From the NCBI RefSeq assembly GCF_003704095.1, contig NW_020845647.1, positions 682,001-746,000 of the forward strand: a stretch of 64,000 bases of DNA, written 5' to 3'. The notes beneath the pieces are model-generated. The model was not told where the DNA came from and did no database searches. It was given only the letters and a program-made list of their open reading frames with translations. The position numbers and the translations under genes are program-made. Positions 1-11,185 of the stretch are shown here, piece by piece. This DNA comes from Pocillopora damicornis (Eukaryota). Within the stretch, counting starts at the first letter, position 1. The number at the start of each line of letters is the position of its first letter.

Positions 1-393
1 ACAGGCGTTGCTGTCTCTCAAACAGCTTCCCCTAATAGGGGTGCCCTTGTTCAGCGAGGTGCTCCAATCGCACGGGGCATTCCTACCAGAGGAGGAGGAA
101 CTGGTCCAACACGAGGTTCTCCAGCGAACCGAGGCGCTGCTCGCGGTGGCTTAGCACCTCGAGGGGCCCCTACCTCTCGAGGTGGTCTAATTTCCCGAGG
201 GGGCCCCCAAATGCGTGGTGCTCCAAGCGCCCGTGGTGGTCCTTCACAACAGGGTACCCCAATTCGTTCGTTAGGTCCTGGTGGAAGAATTGCTGGACAA
301 GGCCCTATAAATCGTGGTGCGCCTCGGGGAAGGCCCATGATGCGTGGCGGTCCTGGTTTCAGAGGAGGTCGTGGAAATTCCGGTGGATACTAA
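1..393 (+). CDS. 3' end of an upstream gene: Arg/Gly/Pro-rich (RGG/RG) low-complexity C-terminus, probably RNA-binding
   Basis: Frame 1 is open from base 1 (TGVAVSQTASPNRGALVQRGAPIARG...RGGPGFRGGRGNSGGY*) to TAA at 391-393. GC-rich coding composition is followed by an AT-rich UTR with AATAAA near 1512. Confidence 0.75.
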   Translation, partial: TGVAVSQTASPNRGALVQRGAPIARGIPTRGGGTGPTRGSPANRGAARGGLAPRGAPTSRGGLISRGGPQMRGAPSARGGPSQQGTPIRSLGPGGRIAGQGPINRGAPRGRPMMRGGPGFRGGRGNSGGY

Positions 394-1250
394 TAGGGCA
401 ACATGATGTGGAGTTTGCGGACCTTTTAATACAGAATTGAACAGTATCATAAATCTACCATGTTAGTGTATGTGCAAAGTGCATGCTTTCTTATTTGCTT
501 TTGTTGTTTTAGTTGTCGTGTATCGCAACAAAAAGTGAGAGACTCCTCTTACTCCGCCACTTTCGAAAGAGAAAGGTTTTTATGTAAATTTTATCAGTCA
601 CCGTCTGGAGTCTTGTTTCTTTTTTACCTATGCCACTCTATTGCTGGCTAGTTGTAGTTGTATTTCTCTCGCGAAGATCATTCTGCAACATGCTTTTATT
701 AAAGAAGTCGTAAAGTTTGACCAAAAAACTGCTTTGTACTTTTCAGAGTAATATTAAACTTGAATGCGAACTATGCTGAAGTTATCTTCAATGTACCGAA
801 ATAGCTGACAGATAAACACGCGAATCCTACACCCAGTTTATTTCATTACGTTATTAACGGTTACTGGAACTAACTGGGCCCTTGTTAAAGGTGACACATA
901 CAGATATGTAACTTGTAACGCTTCCAGAATCTCTCTAACTTGTTGTTTTAAAATCAAATACATTTTATGATGAAATTTCTGTTTTCTCTTTGGTCCAAAT
1001 TATTCCTCTTTAAATACCTCTGTTTTCAATGTTGTATGTTTGCCCGAATTAGTCGCTCAATATTTCACCTTGTTATTGTATCGTTAAGTCATCTAGTTAC
1101 CACAAGATTTGCATTGTTTTGTATGTGGTTTGTTCATACAGGAAGAGTTTGAAAAAAACTCTTCAGGAATTAGAACATGCTGCCTGATCTTTTAACTACT
1201 GCAAACGAAAATTTAATCGTGATTACATGTGACCGGTCACACGCAGCGCT

Positions 1251-1462
1251 AAGAATATGCATTTATCTGTCGAAGCTATCTGCAGTGGTAACTTATGTGT
1301 AGGGGAAGATCTTAGGAAGCAGTGCATTTGATAGCAGTCATTCCTTCTGTCTCTCTAAGAATATGCAGGTACTTGCCGAAGCTATCTGCAGTGGTAACTT
1401 ATGTGCAGGGGAAGATTTCAGCAAGCAGTGCATTCGATAGTAGTCATTCCCTAGGTCTCTCT
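1251..1462. repeat. Two-copy tandem duplication, 106-bp unit
   Basis: aagaatatgc...cgaagctatctgcagtggtaacttatgtg...gtcattcc...tctctct starts at 1251 and again at 1357, with scattered substitutions. Confidence 0.9.
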
Positions 1463-2937
1463 CCATGCTGTTGACGCGGAGTGACTCTGCTTGTTCTTCT
1501 AACCTTTTTTAAATAAACAACTGATCTCCCTATAGAGCGAACTACAGCTGAAGGCTGCTTTCGCCCACCAATTTACTCTACTTTTCAAATTCTTATTTAT
1601 TTTTATCCTCATTATTATTGTTATTATCATTATTATTATAATTGCTATTGTTATCGTTCTCGTTTTAAAGCGAATTTTTAGACGTTTCGTTTCCTGGTAG
1701 TAGTAGACTAAGTACAGGCGGTACCATTAAGCTATGGAACCTCAGTTGAAACTAATCTCGAGTGTTGACCGTTGTTGCACAAACGTTTATGTATTGCACT
1801 GGTAGCAATTGAGCAACGGTGGGTTTGCTGTTACAAATTCGATTATAATGGTTTGTAAGCATTTACTGTAAAGATCATTTTTGGGGGGTAACGCGATCGT
1901 TAAAGAGTTATAAGTATATTTAAAGAAATCCTGACTATACCATACAGTACCCGGAAATCGCAGGAAAGCTCTTGTCGCCACAAAGAACATTGTTACAGAA
2001 CAGACACGACTACGCAACACATCATGCCAGCACATTCAACTCGTTCTCCGCATTAATCACCATACCTCTCCGTACAAGACTCTTACTAACTCGTGCCATG
2101 TTCGGTTGCTAGATGAGGGTGTGTCCTGCACATACCGCATTACTGTGTCACTTTGTTTTTCCCAAGATACTCAGTGATACGGAAGAGACCTGTCCAAAAT
2201 GGTGACTTAAATTGGTTATTGTAGGAAAGTGAAGTTGCCTCTAAATCTCTAAGATATAGAAGAATCAAAATTTGTTCTTGTTTATATTATCTTGCTATTA
2301 GTTTTTGTTTGTTTTTTTTTGTTTTTTTTGCTGATCTGCTCTCAATTTGGAGCTGTTTGTGGTTGTAATTTAGATTTAAAAGAATACTTTGTGCACTTTC
2401 TTGACCTTTGCTTCCCGTCTCATTTTTCTTTGTCTACACAGACTGACAGAGAATTATCTCAAACAACACTATTTCATACTTAGCATCACGGCATATAATT
2501 TGTTCTTTCTGGTACCTCTGACAAAGCCATATTTAAATTTTCACCTACCAGGCTCTCAAATGAATCCGTAATGATTTGTCCACCACGGGCTGTGCTCTTT
2601 AACCTTAATCAGTTTCAACAGCAAATGAAATCTCCTTCAATTCGTTTTCATTTGTCATCTAAATGTGATGGTGGTCCATTTTTTAATGTAAATTGTTTGT
2701 GGAGCTTGGCCAAACATGGGAGAACGAAAGGAATGTCCCACTAAGGAACGTGTTAACGGGTGAGTTTCTATACAAGATTTCGCCCTTCAACTTGAGTTCC
2801 TGGGTTCCCTGTCAAACTGTCCACGACACCATTTTTCGACCAGTTATTTGAAGTACGCTCCTGTGGCATCTTCGTCTCGTACTTTTCTCGGGATGTTGAT
2901 ATGCAGAATTTAATATGCAATTGAGTTATTTGTTCTA

Positions 2938-3120
2938 TGATTGGACCAGAAGACTCGCATTGCTCTCTCAACCAATGAAGTCAGAAACTTAAGCCAACCA
3001 TTTGGTACTCACGTTTTCCCGGCCTCAAACTTTTTCTCATTTTTTCTTAAGTTATTACTGGCTGTTTGCGAAATTTTCCTTTTCTCGGATTGGAAGTTGT
3101 GATTACTTTGGTTTTGGTGT
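2938..3120. repeat. Dispersed CCAAT/ATTGG-rich repeat; related reverse copy near 28240-28365
   Basis: tgattggaccagaagactcgc...caaccaat...gattggaagttgtgattactttggttttgg resembles the reverse complement of ccaaaactaaa...ggccaatcagaa at about 28260-28296. Confidence 0.45.
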
Positions 3121-3510
3121 ATTCTGATTATGACTGGTCCTGACTTGTGATGGCTTCTCGTAAACTGATCGCGTCTAATTCAGTCTTCTTAGTCGTCAAA
3201 TAAACGCCAAGTCCATCTTCTTTGACGAAAGGAACATTTATTATGGAAAGTTTGTTAACTTGTGATGAAACTCTACATAGAATGATTGAATTACAAAGAG
3301 TGAAAAGTGTAAATCTAATATCGTAATCAATGAAAGATTATAAAAGATGTTCAGTGAAAGATGAAATACCAAATGAGTGGTTACATCAGCGTTTTAGGAA
3401 CTTATTACGTCATGTTAGTCCCCAGTCGATTGTAGCTAATCGAATTATATTTTTGAGTTTTTTTTTCCCTTAAACAAAACTCTGTGTTAGCTTATCGAGG
3501 GGTGTGTTGC

Positions 3511-3625
3511 TCGCACCTGTTAGATCGCTGCATTTGGGTATGTATCGCACTAATTAGATCGCCGCACTAGTGTACGTCTCGCACCAATCAGATCAAAGCA
3601 TTGAGGTATGCTGGCATCAGTTAGA
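3511..3625. repeat. Minisatellite, 34-bp unit, about 3.5 copies
   Basis: tcgcac...agatc...gca starts at 3511, 3545 and 3579. Confidence 0.8.
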
Positions 3626-5047
3626 GTGTTCTTCATGTAAATCATGTCATGAAATTAGGATACCACAACATGTTGCGATCGAATCCACCCAAAATTGACA
3701 CAAAGCAAGAATCACCTAAGAAGGACTTGTGAGCTCATCAACCCAGTTCATGTCCCTTGTGATGACTTCGTCGCTGTGATCTGTCGGGCGTCGATAGGTC
3801 GTTGGAGAATTTTTCAACCACATAGTAGATAAAAAGTGCTTTGTGTACCGCTCCTTCTTTAACAACGTACGCGCCGTCAGCTAAAGACCAAACACGAAAT
3901 TATCACTAGAGCGTTTCTTTTGGGAGGGCTAGTTTCCCTGACTAGGGTAAAAATTGCGCAAAGCATTTGCATAAAGCACATTTGATCGATAATCTTGATT
4001 TTGTCTTGTGATTGCTTTCTCGGCGAAAGTTGAAAATATTAACAAGTTGTATTTACTTTCTGCGTCAACTGCGATGTGAAATATCTGTTTCTTTGCTTAT
4101 GGTGCGTTTAGGTGCATCGAGAGGAATTTAAGTGAATGCAAGTGAAGACCTCTTCTACACTCCCTCCAGCTTCGTCCCTGTTAGAGTACAAGAACGCTTG
4201 GGTTATAGTACCTTTTAGATTCTTTTGGGAACTTTTACGCCTTGAAAAGTTCCGTTTTTGCCTTAGATAATGTGCCACGTTTCTCAGGGTATATCTTCTA
4301 ATAAGAAAGTCTACGTCCATCAATTCTCGAAGGTCGCCGTATTAATCGTCATGTCGTGCATGACGTGTTTAATTTTGGCCGTGTTTGTTTGTTTTTTTCT
4401 TTTTCCGTCATGCACTCGAGGATGAAATCGTATTATCCACTCAGAAGCGTAAATTGATTTGATTTATCGCAGGGTAATACAGCAAAGGCTGGGAAACATC
4501 TTTTACAGCGCCATTCCCCATTGAATTTCACAAGATTTTCATAAACTATTACACGCTAAAATTATTTTGCATATTCTCCACACTGTACTCTGCACGCTTC
4601 TTCAGGTGCTGTCAAGGAGAATTTGTTTCAACATCAAGACCTTCTTTTGTTGGTTATTTCCTTTATTCTTGTGGCCTTAGCGTGTGATTCAGGGGTGATA
4701 TTAAAGGAGAAGTTAGATTCTAATCACTCTTGGGGTCAAATGGTTAACAGGGCTAATCTCGCCGCAGTACGAGCGGATTTCACAGGGTCTTTTCTTGTAC
4801 ACAATCAACCATGTTGGTGGAAAAGTAATTCAGCGTGATATTCATCACAGACTAACCAGCCCTTGTCACGTACAACCAGTTGTTTAATGACGTCTGTTTG
4901 CGGTGCAGATCTGATTGATTTGGAAATTTACTCACTCGTGTTTTTTTTTTTTATCCAGTTTGCGATGTCGCAGCCAAGTCAAACTTAAAGACAATTTGTA
5001 GAGACGATTAAGTTCGATGTTCTTACTAGACTGGTGTGGATTCAGGA

Positions 5048-5363
5048 ATGGGAAACATTTTCGGCGCGTGTACGTGAGAGGTGGGAAAACTGTTGCTTAC
5101 AGTTGTAATATTTGCAAGTGCACCATTTTCACTGGGTTTCCTGTTCTTTTTTAAAGCCATCTAGTCATGCACATGGTATTTTTTTCCTTATTCTCCTACG
5201 TTGTTAATGGTCACAGTTTTGTAAACAGCATGTTTACTTTTTTGTCACGGCAGGTCACATTTCGTATGATGTGGGAATCAACAAGAACGAGACTCAAGCA
5301 GAGGAAGACGTCAACTGGGCGATCACCTTGCTCAAACGCCCAGAAAATAAATTACTTCCTTAA
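5048..5363 (+). CDS. Candidate 43-aa spliced micropeptide MGNIFGACHISYDVGINKNETQAEEDVNWAITLLKRPENKLLP
   Basis: Coding exons 5048-5069 (donor GTACGT) and 5254-5363 (acceptor tttttgtcacggcag). Upstream acceptor T-run/ccag at 4958; AATAAA at 5418-5423. Has an MG start and Cys8. Confidence 0.45.
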
Positions 5364-6389
5364 TAACATGTAGTTTCATTTGTCTCAAACCTCTGAAGAT
5401 TCCGTCCCAAAAGTTACAATAAAGGTAACCAGATTCAACGATCACCAGCATTACATACTCTGTGCTCGAATTTATTTTTTCCTCTTTCTTCCCTTTGGCA
5501 ACCCATTAACTGTGTATCAGGCTGTCGGCAAGAGATTGTAGATTGAATATTATCTTTTAACAGTCAGTTATACGGATGGGGCGGCACACGGAAAGATTTT
5601 GATGACATCTGCTCCGCGAAACGTTCGAATTTGAGTGCATAAACATAAATGTTTTAAAAACACGAACTGAGGGCGGAGAGCTACCGCGGCCCACTAGCTG
5701 CGCTTTGGGATCAACTGATAAGTTGAAATTTGTCTTACCGTCAGGTTTAATGTTCCTGCCCTTAATTGAACTGAAAAGATCCAAGGGAATGGGCAGAGAG
5801 GGAGGAAAGGCTTCTTACTTGATTTTGGGGTTTTTTTGTTTTTGAACAGAAAAGTTATAAGATCTAGAAAAATTCATAGGCATATCCCCAAGAGAAGTAA
5901 TGCACTGTGACTTAACAAGTAATAATTGTAGGGAATTTCAAGTTTATTCAATCTTTTCTCACCAATGTTCTGCGGCCATTCATTTAAGGTGAAGTCGGAA
6001 CTTTTCATTTTGCCGAAGGGAAACTGGGGAGGGAGGCGGGTGGGCAGAATAAATAATCGTGAAAAGGCGTTTTACAGAAATCACATCAAACGGGACCTTT
6101 CTGCGTTGAACTCAATCATAACAAAACCCAGAGATGCCATATGACAGGTATACATGTGTGAAGTAATAACACCTAGAGCTTGTGCCAGCTGATTACTGTT
6201 ACGGCAAGCTTCGCCCGTGTTCACAAGGCAGACCAGAGAGAAAACCAATCATTGGGTAAGCACCGAATTCTACGAGGATGACACCTACATCATTCTTTGT
6301 TAACAAAAGGTGATCACGTGCACTTAAGAACCATAGCCCCGCACACGTTTATATCATCTCTCTGGTCCACGATCGGGTTCCGAGATTGA

Positions 6390-9300
6390 TCAGTCGATAC
6401 TCGGGATTGCTTCGGAAGTTGACGCTTTCATGGACGCAGAATCATAACCGGCAGAAGATGAATCTGACTCCACTTCTTTGCTTGCGATCACTTCTCTGTA
6501 AGGATCTTTCGTAGAGTAACCTGCTTCAGTCTGATGATTATGATGTGAATGGTCCCACGCCTGTCCGTAATCGTAACTACTGTACCCACTATAATAATCA
6601 GAACAGTTCCAATATGCCTCTGAGGTTTGATTATTTTCATTCTTGTTATATTCAGAAAGCTGTTGAGCCGTGCTCACATCACCCTTCTTTGTGTTCTCGG
6701 AATGGAAGGCCTCTACTTTCTTGAGGGCTTCGTCTAACCTTGTACAGTCTGTGTAAACATTTTGGAGAACCTCGGCCTGAAGAAAGGAAATGAGAAAAGT
6801 CAAGTTACAATTAGAATTATCAAGACATTTTACTGATTTTACGCGAAAAAACCTACATAATTGTTGAGATGTAACAAAATCCTAGAATAAATAACTAAAA
6901 AAGACATTGAAAATGAATGAAAGGAATCCAGTTAGGTATTCATAATCAGTGAATAGATGCATTTCTGCTAGAGACGTTAAAGTTGTCTAAGACGTTAAAG
7001 TCGTCTCGAGACGACTTTAACGTCTTAGACAACTTTAACGTCTCTAGCATGAAAACGGCCATTAATAAGATCAGAGGACCGCGTTGCAGTGTCCAGTGCT
7101 TCACTACCAATAAGACTACTGCTTTGTGTGTTCCATGTATGAAACTCTTTTTTTATAGATGCATTTTATTATTCTGCGCCAGAAAACATGGTTCACCTTA
7201 TCCCAGGATCTTCGTTTTCAAGACGTTAAGAGAGAAATGGTTACATGTCATACATTTAACTATCATTGGGCTGAAGAATATCGCCCGATCTTTGACACAT
7301 GGCGGCATTCGATGAGTGAGGCATGATAATTTTCATAAACGTTATCATTGCAGTTGAGCGCTAAGTGGAACATTAGTTAAGTATTCTCTGCCAGTTGTGC
7401 TACTTCAGATTATGACCTCGAGCTCAGAAAAATCGTTTTTAAAACAGTATGGGCCAGTTGTTTCAACGAGGTCTATCCCAAACCGTGGTTTTACGCAAGC
7501 AATAAGCCTTAGGGATTCTCTATAAGAGGGTTGATTCAATTAAAAGTCTTAAAAGACTGTCCTTCCACTATTAGCTTTTGGGCCCTCTTGAAACGATCCA
7601 CAAAAAAAAAGATAAAAGGATCAGCTTAACTGGAGATGGCTTGGGACGCAGTTCCGTTATGGACGGCTTTTTTTACGGCTTTTGTTTAAATAACCAGCCC
7701 TGTCTGTGGTGGACAAAAAAATTGCAAAGTTTTAAAGGTTTTCTTCTATATTAATAATTACCCATATATATTCCAGTGGGGAGACAAACAAATCTTTGAG
7801 ACTTTATCATTACATGATTACAACTCTCTGATGAATTTAAGTGACTGGTATACCTGCTCAAATTGCTCTTTAGTCTGAGGGCCGCATTCCACAGGGTACT
7901 GATTGTCTGTGTTCGGATAAGGCCCTGTAACCTGAGCACCAGATGGCTGAGTGGGACGTGTAAGAGCCTTCTGAAGTAACCCTCGCTCTGTGGCCGCCTC
8001 AAGTACTCTATGTTTAGATCTCAACAGCTCCTGGATGAACATGAAGCACGTTTTAGTAAATAAAAAGAAAGATCTTTGTTTGCATGATCTCCTTACCACG
8101 CCTTACACTTCAACAGAAATCTGTCTCCATGTTCTCTCGCTAACTTAGAATGAAGACCAGCCTAATTTGCATAAAGGCTTATATCTATAGCTGACAAACA
8201 CACTAAAAGTAAACTAGTGGAGTACCTCTCTTCGTGATTTTGGATTTGGATCATCGTAAGCCCATCTCACATTCAGCAACTCTCTGTTGTTCAGCTTTTG
8301 ATCTGACATGGCAATCTTAAAAAACAAGAGGTCCAACTTAATTTTCCTTTAAAAGTGTAACTGCATCATAACTCATTAGCTATTGATACAGGTTCTCTGC
8401 ATTTTATTGTGGCATTTCATTTTTTATGATAATTTTTACTGCAGGAAGTTATCTTTCAAGAGTGAGAACTATCTGCCAAACTCACAAAAATTAAATACTG
8501 TAACATCTTCATGTTGAACAATAAATGCTGGACAGTTCACCAGAGAAAAAATAAAAAATAATTAAACACCTTCCTCTCACCTTTGCAAATTCAGCATTAA
8601 CTCTGTTCTTGTAGCGTACAAATGCTATGTTGCGTTTGTGTATTATTCTTATGTCCTGTAGGATTTATTGAAGGAAAAAAAACAATTACTTTTAAGTTTC
8701 CAAGGCACAAGCCCTTTTACTGTTAAGTCCATGTCCACTAGGGAAAATTTACCACAAATTAAATAGGTGAGGAAAAAAAAACTTAAATTCAAAAACCAAT
8801 TCAATTACATCTTCCTAATTTTAATTGTTCATCAAAACAAAGGTTAATAAACTTCCAACTAAAGTTCAGCACATTCATATCATGTACTTCAGAAGCATCT
8901 TCATTTGCTAGCCTGGTATTTGTTAACCAAATTATTTTGTATCAATATATCTAAAAGCCATCTATTACTTTAATCAGTCATGCAATTTTAAATATATTTG
9001 GCACTACAGTCTAAAATGTCCAGCTACGAAGGGCATAAAAGTGTGACATTTACCTCAATTTCACCCCACTCCCCAAACTCAGTCCACAAAAGCTTCTCCA
9101 GTGTTGTTCGACAGCCCAGGCCTCCAACATATAGTGTTCTGCATTCTTTATCAAATGTGCCAACCCCTCCCATGTCTTCCTTGTGGAGTCGATGACGTTC
9201 TCGGCCAAAAACATCATGAGCTAGATCAATTCTAAATAAGTTAGGAAAGCAAATTCCTTTATTAAACCTCTACCTTAAAAATGAAATGTTTAATATTACA

Positions 9301-10564
9301 TCCATTTGATCTAGCTTGTGTGTATCATCGCAAATGTACACCTCAGTCAATATATGAATGCTGATATCATTAATGTAATTGTAAGCATGCTAATATTATT
9401 ACCACTGACCTCTTTTCATCTTTATCAGTGGGTATAATATGCAGATAACCACAATCAGAACCCAGATGACAACAGCCTCTAGCAAAATAAATGCAATAAT
9501 AATGCTTGTTTCCACCAGGATCATCAATATTTGCCTTGGTGAATCCTGCATCTGTTTCTATGCAGCATTTTGTCTCTGATGGCCCTACAACAAAACCAGA
9601 AAAAAAGGATGATGAAGTTTTTGGTCAAGTCTCAAGTTTCTCTCAATCTCTCTATCTGTTTAGCCAACTGGATGTTGCTTCATAAATCCCACTCCTTTGG
9701 AAAAATTCAATCTTCCACTTCAGTATTTGAAATGATCTGTTGCTGTTGAAAGTGTTATGTATCTCCTATTTCCATTCCCCTCTGTTTCCCTATTCACCTT
9801 CTCCTCTTTGCTCATGCTATCTCCTAGACTGTCCTAATTCATCACTACTTTTCAAATGAACTCTTCCCTCTCTTCCTGAGGGAAACCACGACTTAACACT
9901 GTGTCAAACCATGTGAGCCCCCGATATTCCATTGGTTAGGGTTAGGGTCAGGAATATCGGAGGCCTACATGGTTTGAAGCAGTGTTACCTCGTTCTTTCC
10001 CTTCCCGAGTGTCAAGAGTCTTTCACATCACTAACCGTGATCTTTGTCATTCCGCCAATGTTCTCCCACCCATCGATCGTACCATATATTATACTCCGTG
10101 GCACCTTCAGGAATCCAGTGCAACTTTTCTTTTTCTTCAGGATCAATCTGTCGACGAGCTGGCTTTGTTAGAAGTCTCTCAACCATACCTTCTACATCAC
10201 AGGCAGTTTGTTTAACGTTTTCCACAGGATCATTGTTTGTTTTACCATATGCTGCTCCGTTGTAAAATCCTTGATAAAAATATTGGTTTGCTGGAATAAA
10301 AAGTGGATGAATAGAATCCCATTCGGTCGGTTTTTCCCATTGAGTTCTATAATCGCTAATATTTTGATAATAGTTGAGTCCGCTATTCCAGTCGAACATA
10401 GTTATCCACGGACCGCGTTGTTCGTAAAACTGTGGGTAATATGAAGAATCCGTGTTACAAGCAGTCGTTGTTTCTTGTGTGGTCGTAGTTTCCTGCCTTT
10501 TCTGTTGCAAAGTTGATACATTTTCGCCATCATCGTCATCCTCTGCCTTGCGTTTAGCCGCCAT
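6390..10564 (-). CDS. CWC2: Pre-mRNA splicing factor Cwc2-like (WW + Torus/CCCH zinc finger + RRM), about 536 aa, 7 exons
   Basis: Exons 10564-10036, 9584-9410, 9231-9054, 8655-8581, 8315-8226, 8030-7854, 6776-6390; all GT-AG and in frame. Motifs PARRQ..YNIWYDRW, YCIYFARGCCHLGSDCGYLH, DVFGRERH..EDMGGVGTF..RTLYVGG, AFVRYKNRVNAEFAKIAMSDQ and VRWAYDDPNP match yeast Cwc2. Confidence 0.85.
6966..7049. repeat. Perfect 84-bp palindrome (foldback/MITE-like) in CWC2 intron 6
   Basis: Arms 6966-7007 and 7008-7049 are exact reverse complements centred on CTCGAG. Each arm contains two agacgttaaagtYgtct sub-repeats. Confidence 0.95.
9894..9987. mobile_element. Miniature inverted-repeat element with a telomeric TTAGGG loop, in CWC2 intron 1
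   Basis: Imperfect 37-bp arms taacactg...ccgatattcc / ggaatatcgg...cagtgtta flank a 20-nt loop attggttagggttagggtca. Both ends are TA. Confidence 0.75.
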
Positions 10565-11185
10565 ATTGAATTTTATGGCAAACCCGCTGACCATCTTTGT
10601 TTTAGACAACTGCTGCTTATGTCAAATGAACTGCTCGCGGGCGTAGATTTCTTCAAATGACTTTTCTCAAAATCTATTCTTAACAGTAAGCTACCTCTCC
10701 CGAATATAGAATGAGTGTCTTGATTTTCTGTAAACTTAACAAAATTTCATGGATAAATACAAAATTCAATACAATCGAAAAGAGATGGTTTTATTGCTAT
10801 CAAAAATAATTGTTTTCAGTGTTTGAGGATTGTCTTACTTGTGAAATTTTTGTCGCAATTGGGATCATGTGCTTCCACTGCAGTGATTTTAAGTTACCAG
10901 AGACAATGGAGAAATGGTCAACCATTAAAATTGACGGAGAGAGGCCCATTGAGAGGACAATATTTACAAACATGTTCAGGTTTCACATTCCCACACATTG
11001 GCATCTGTTTTCATGTATTTTTTGAGCTGTTAACTAATGACTTGGTTTATCTATCTATTACTCGACAGAGCTATTTATCATCCAGTTATATTTTGGGAAA
11101 AGAATAATTCTGAAATCATGGTTTGGTCTACTCTTTTTTTCAATAAAACAAAAGTAGCTTTCTAAATAAGATTTTATTTTATTCC

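Noticed and set aside
51-338. Pro/Arg-rich minus-strand ORF
   Set aside because: Mirror of the GC-rich RGG coding strand.
6983-7315. 110-aa ORF starting in the palindrome
   Set aside because: Non-ATG start, intronic and antisense, repeat-derived.
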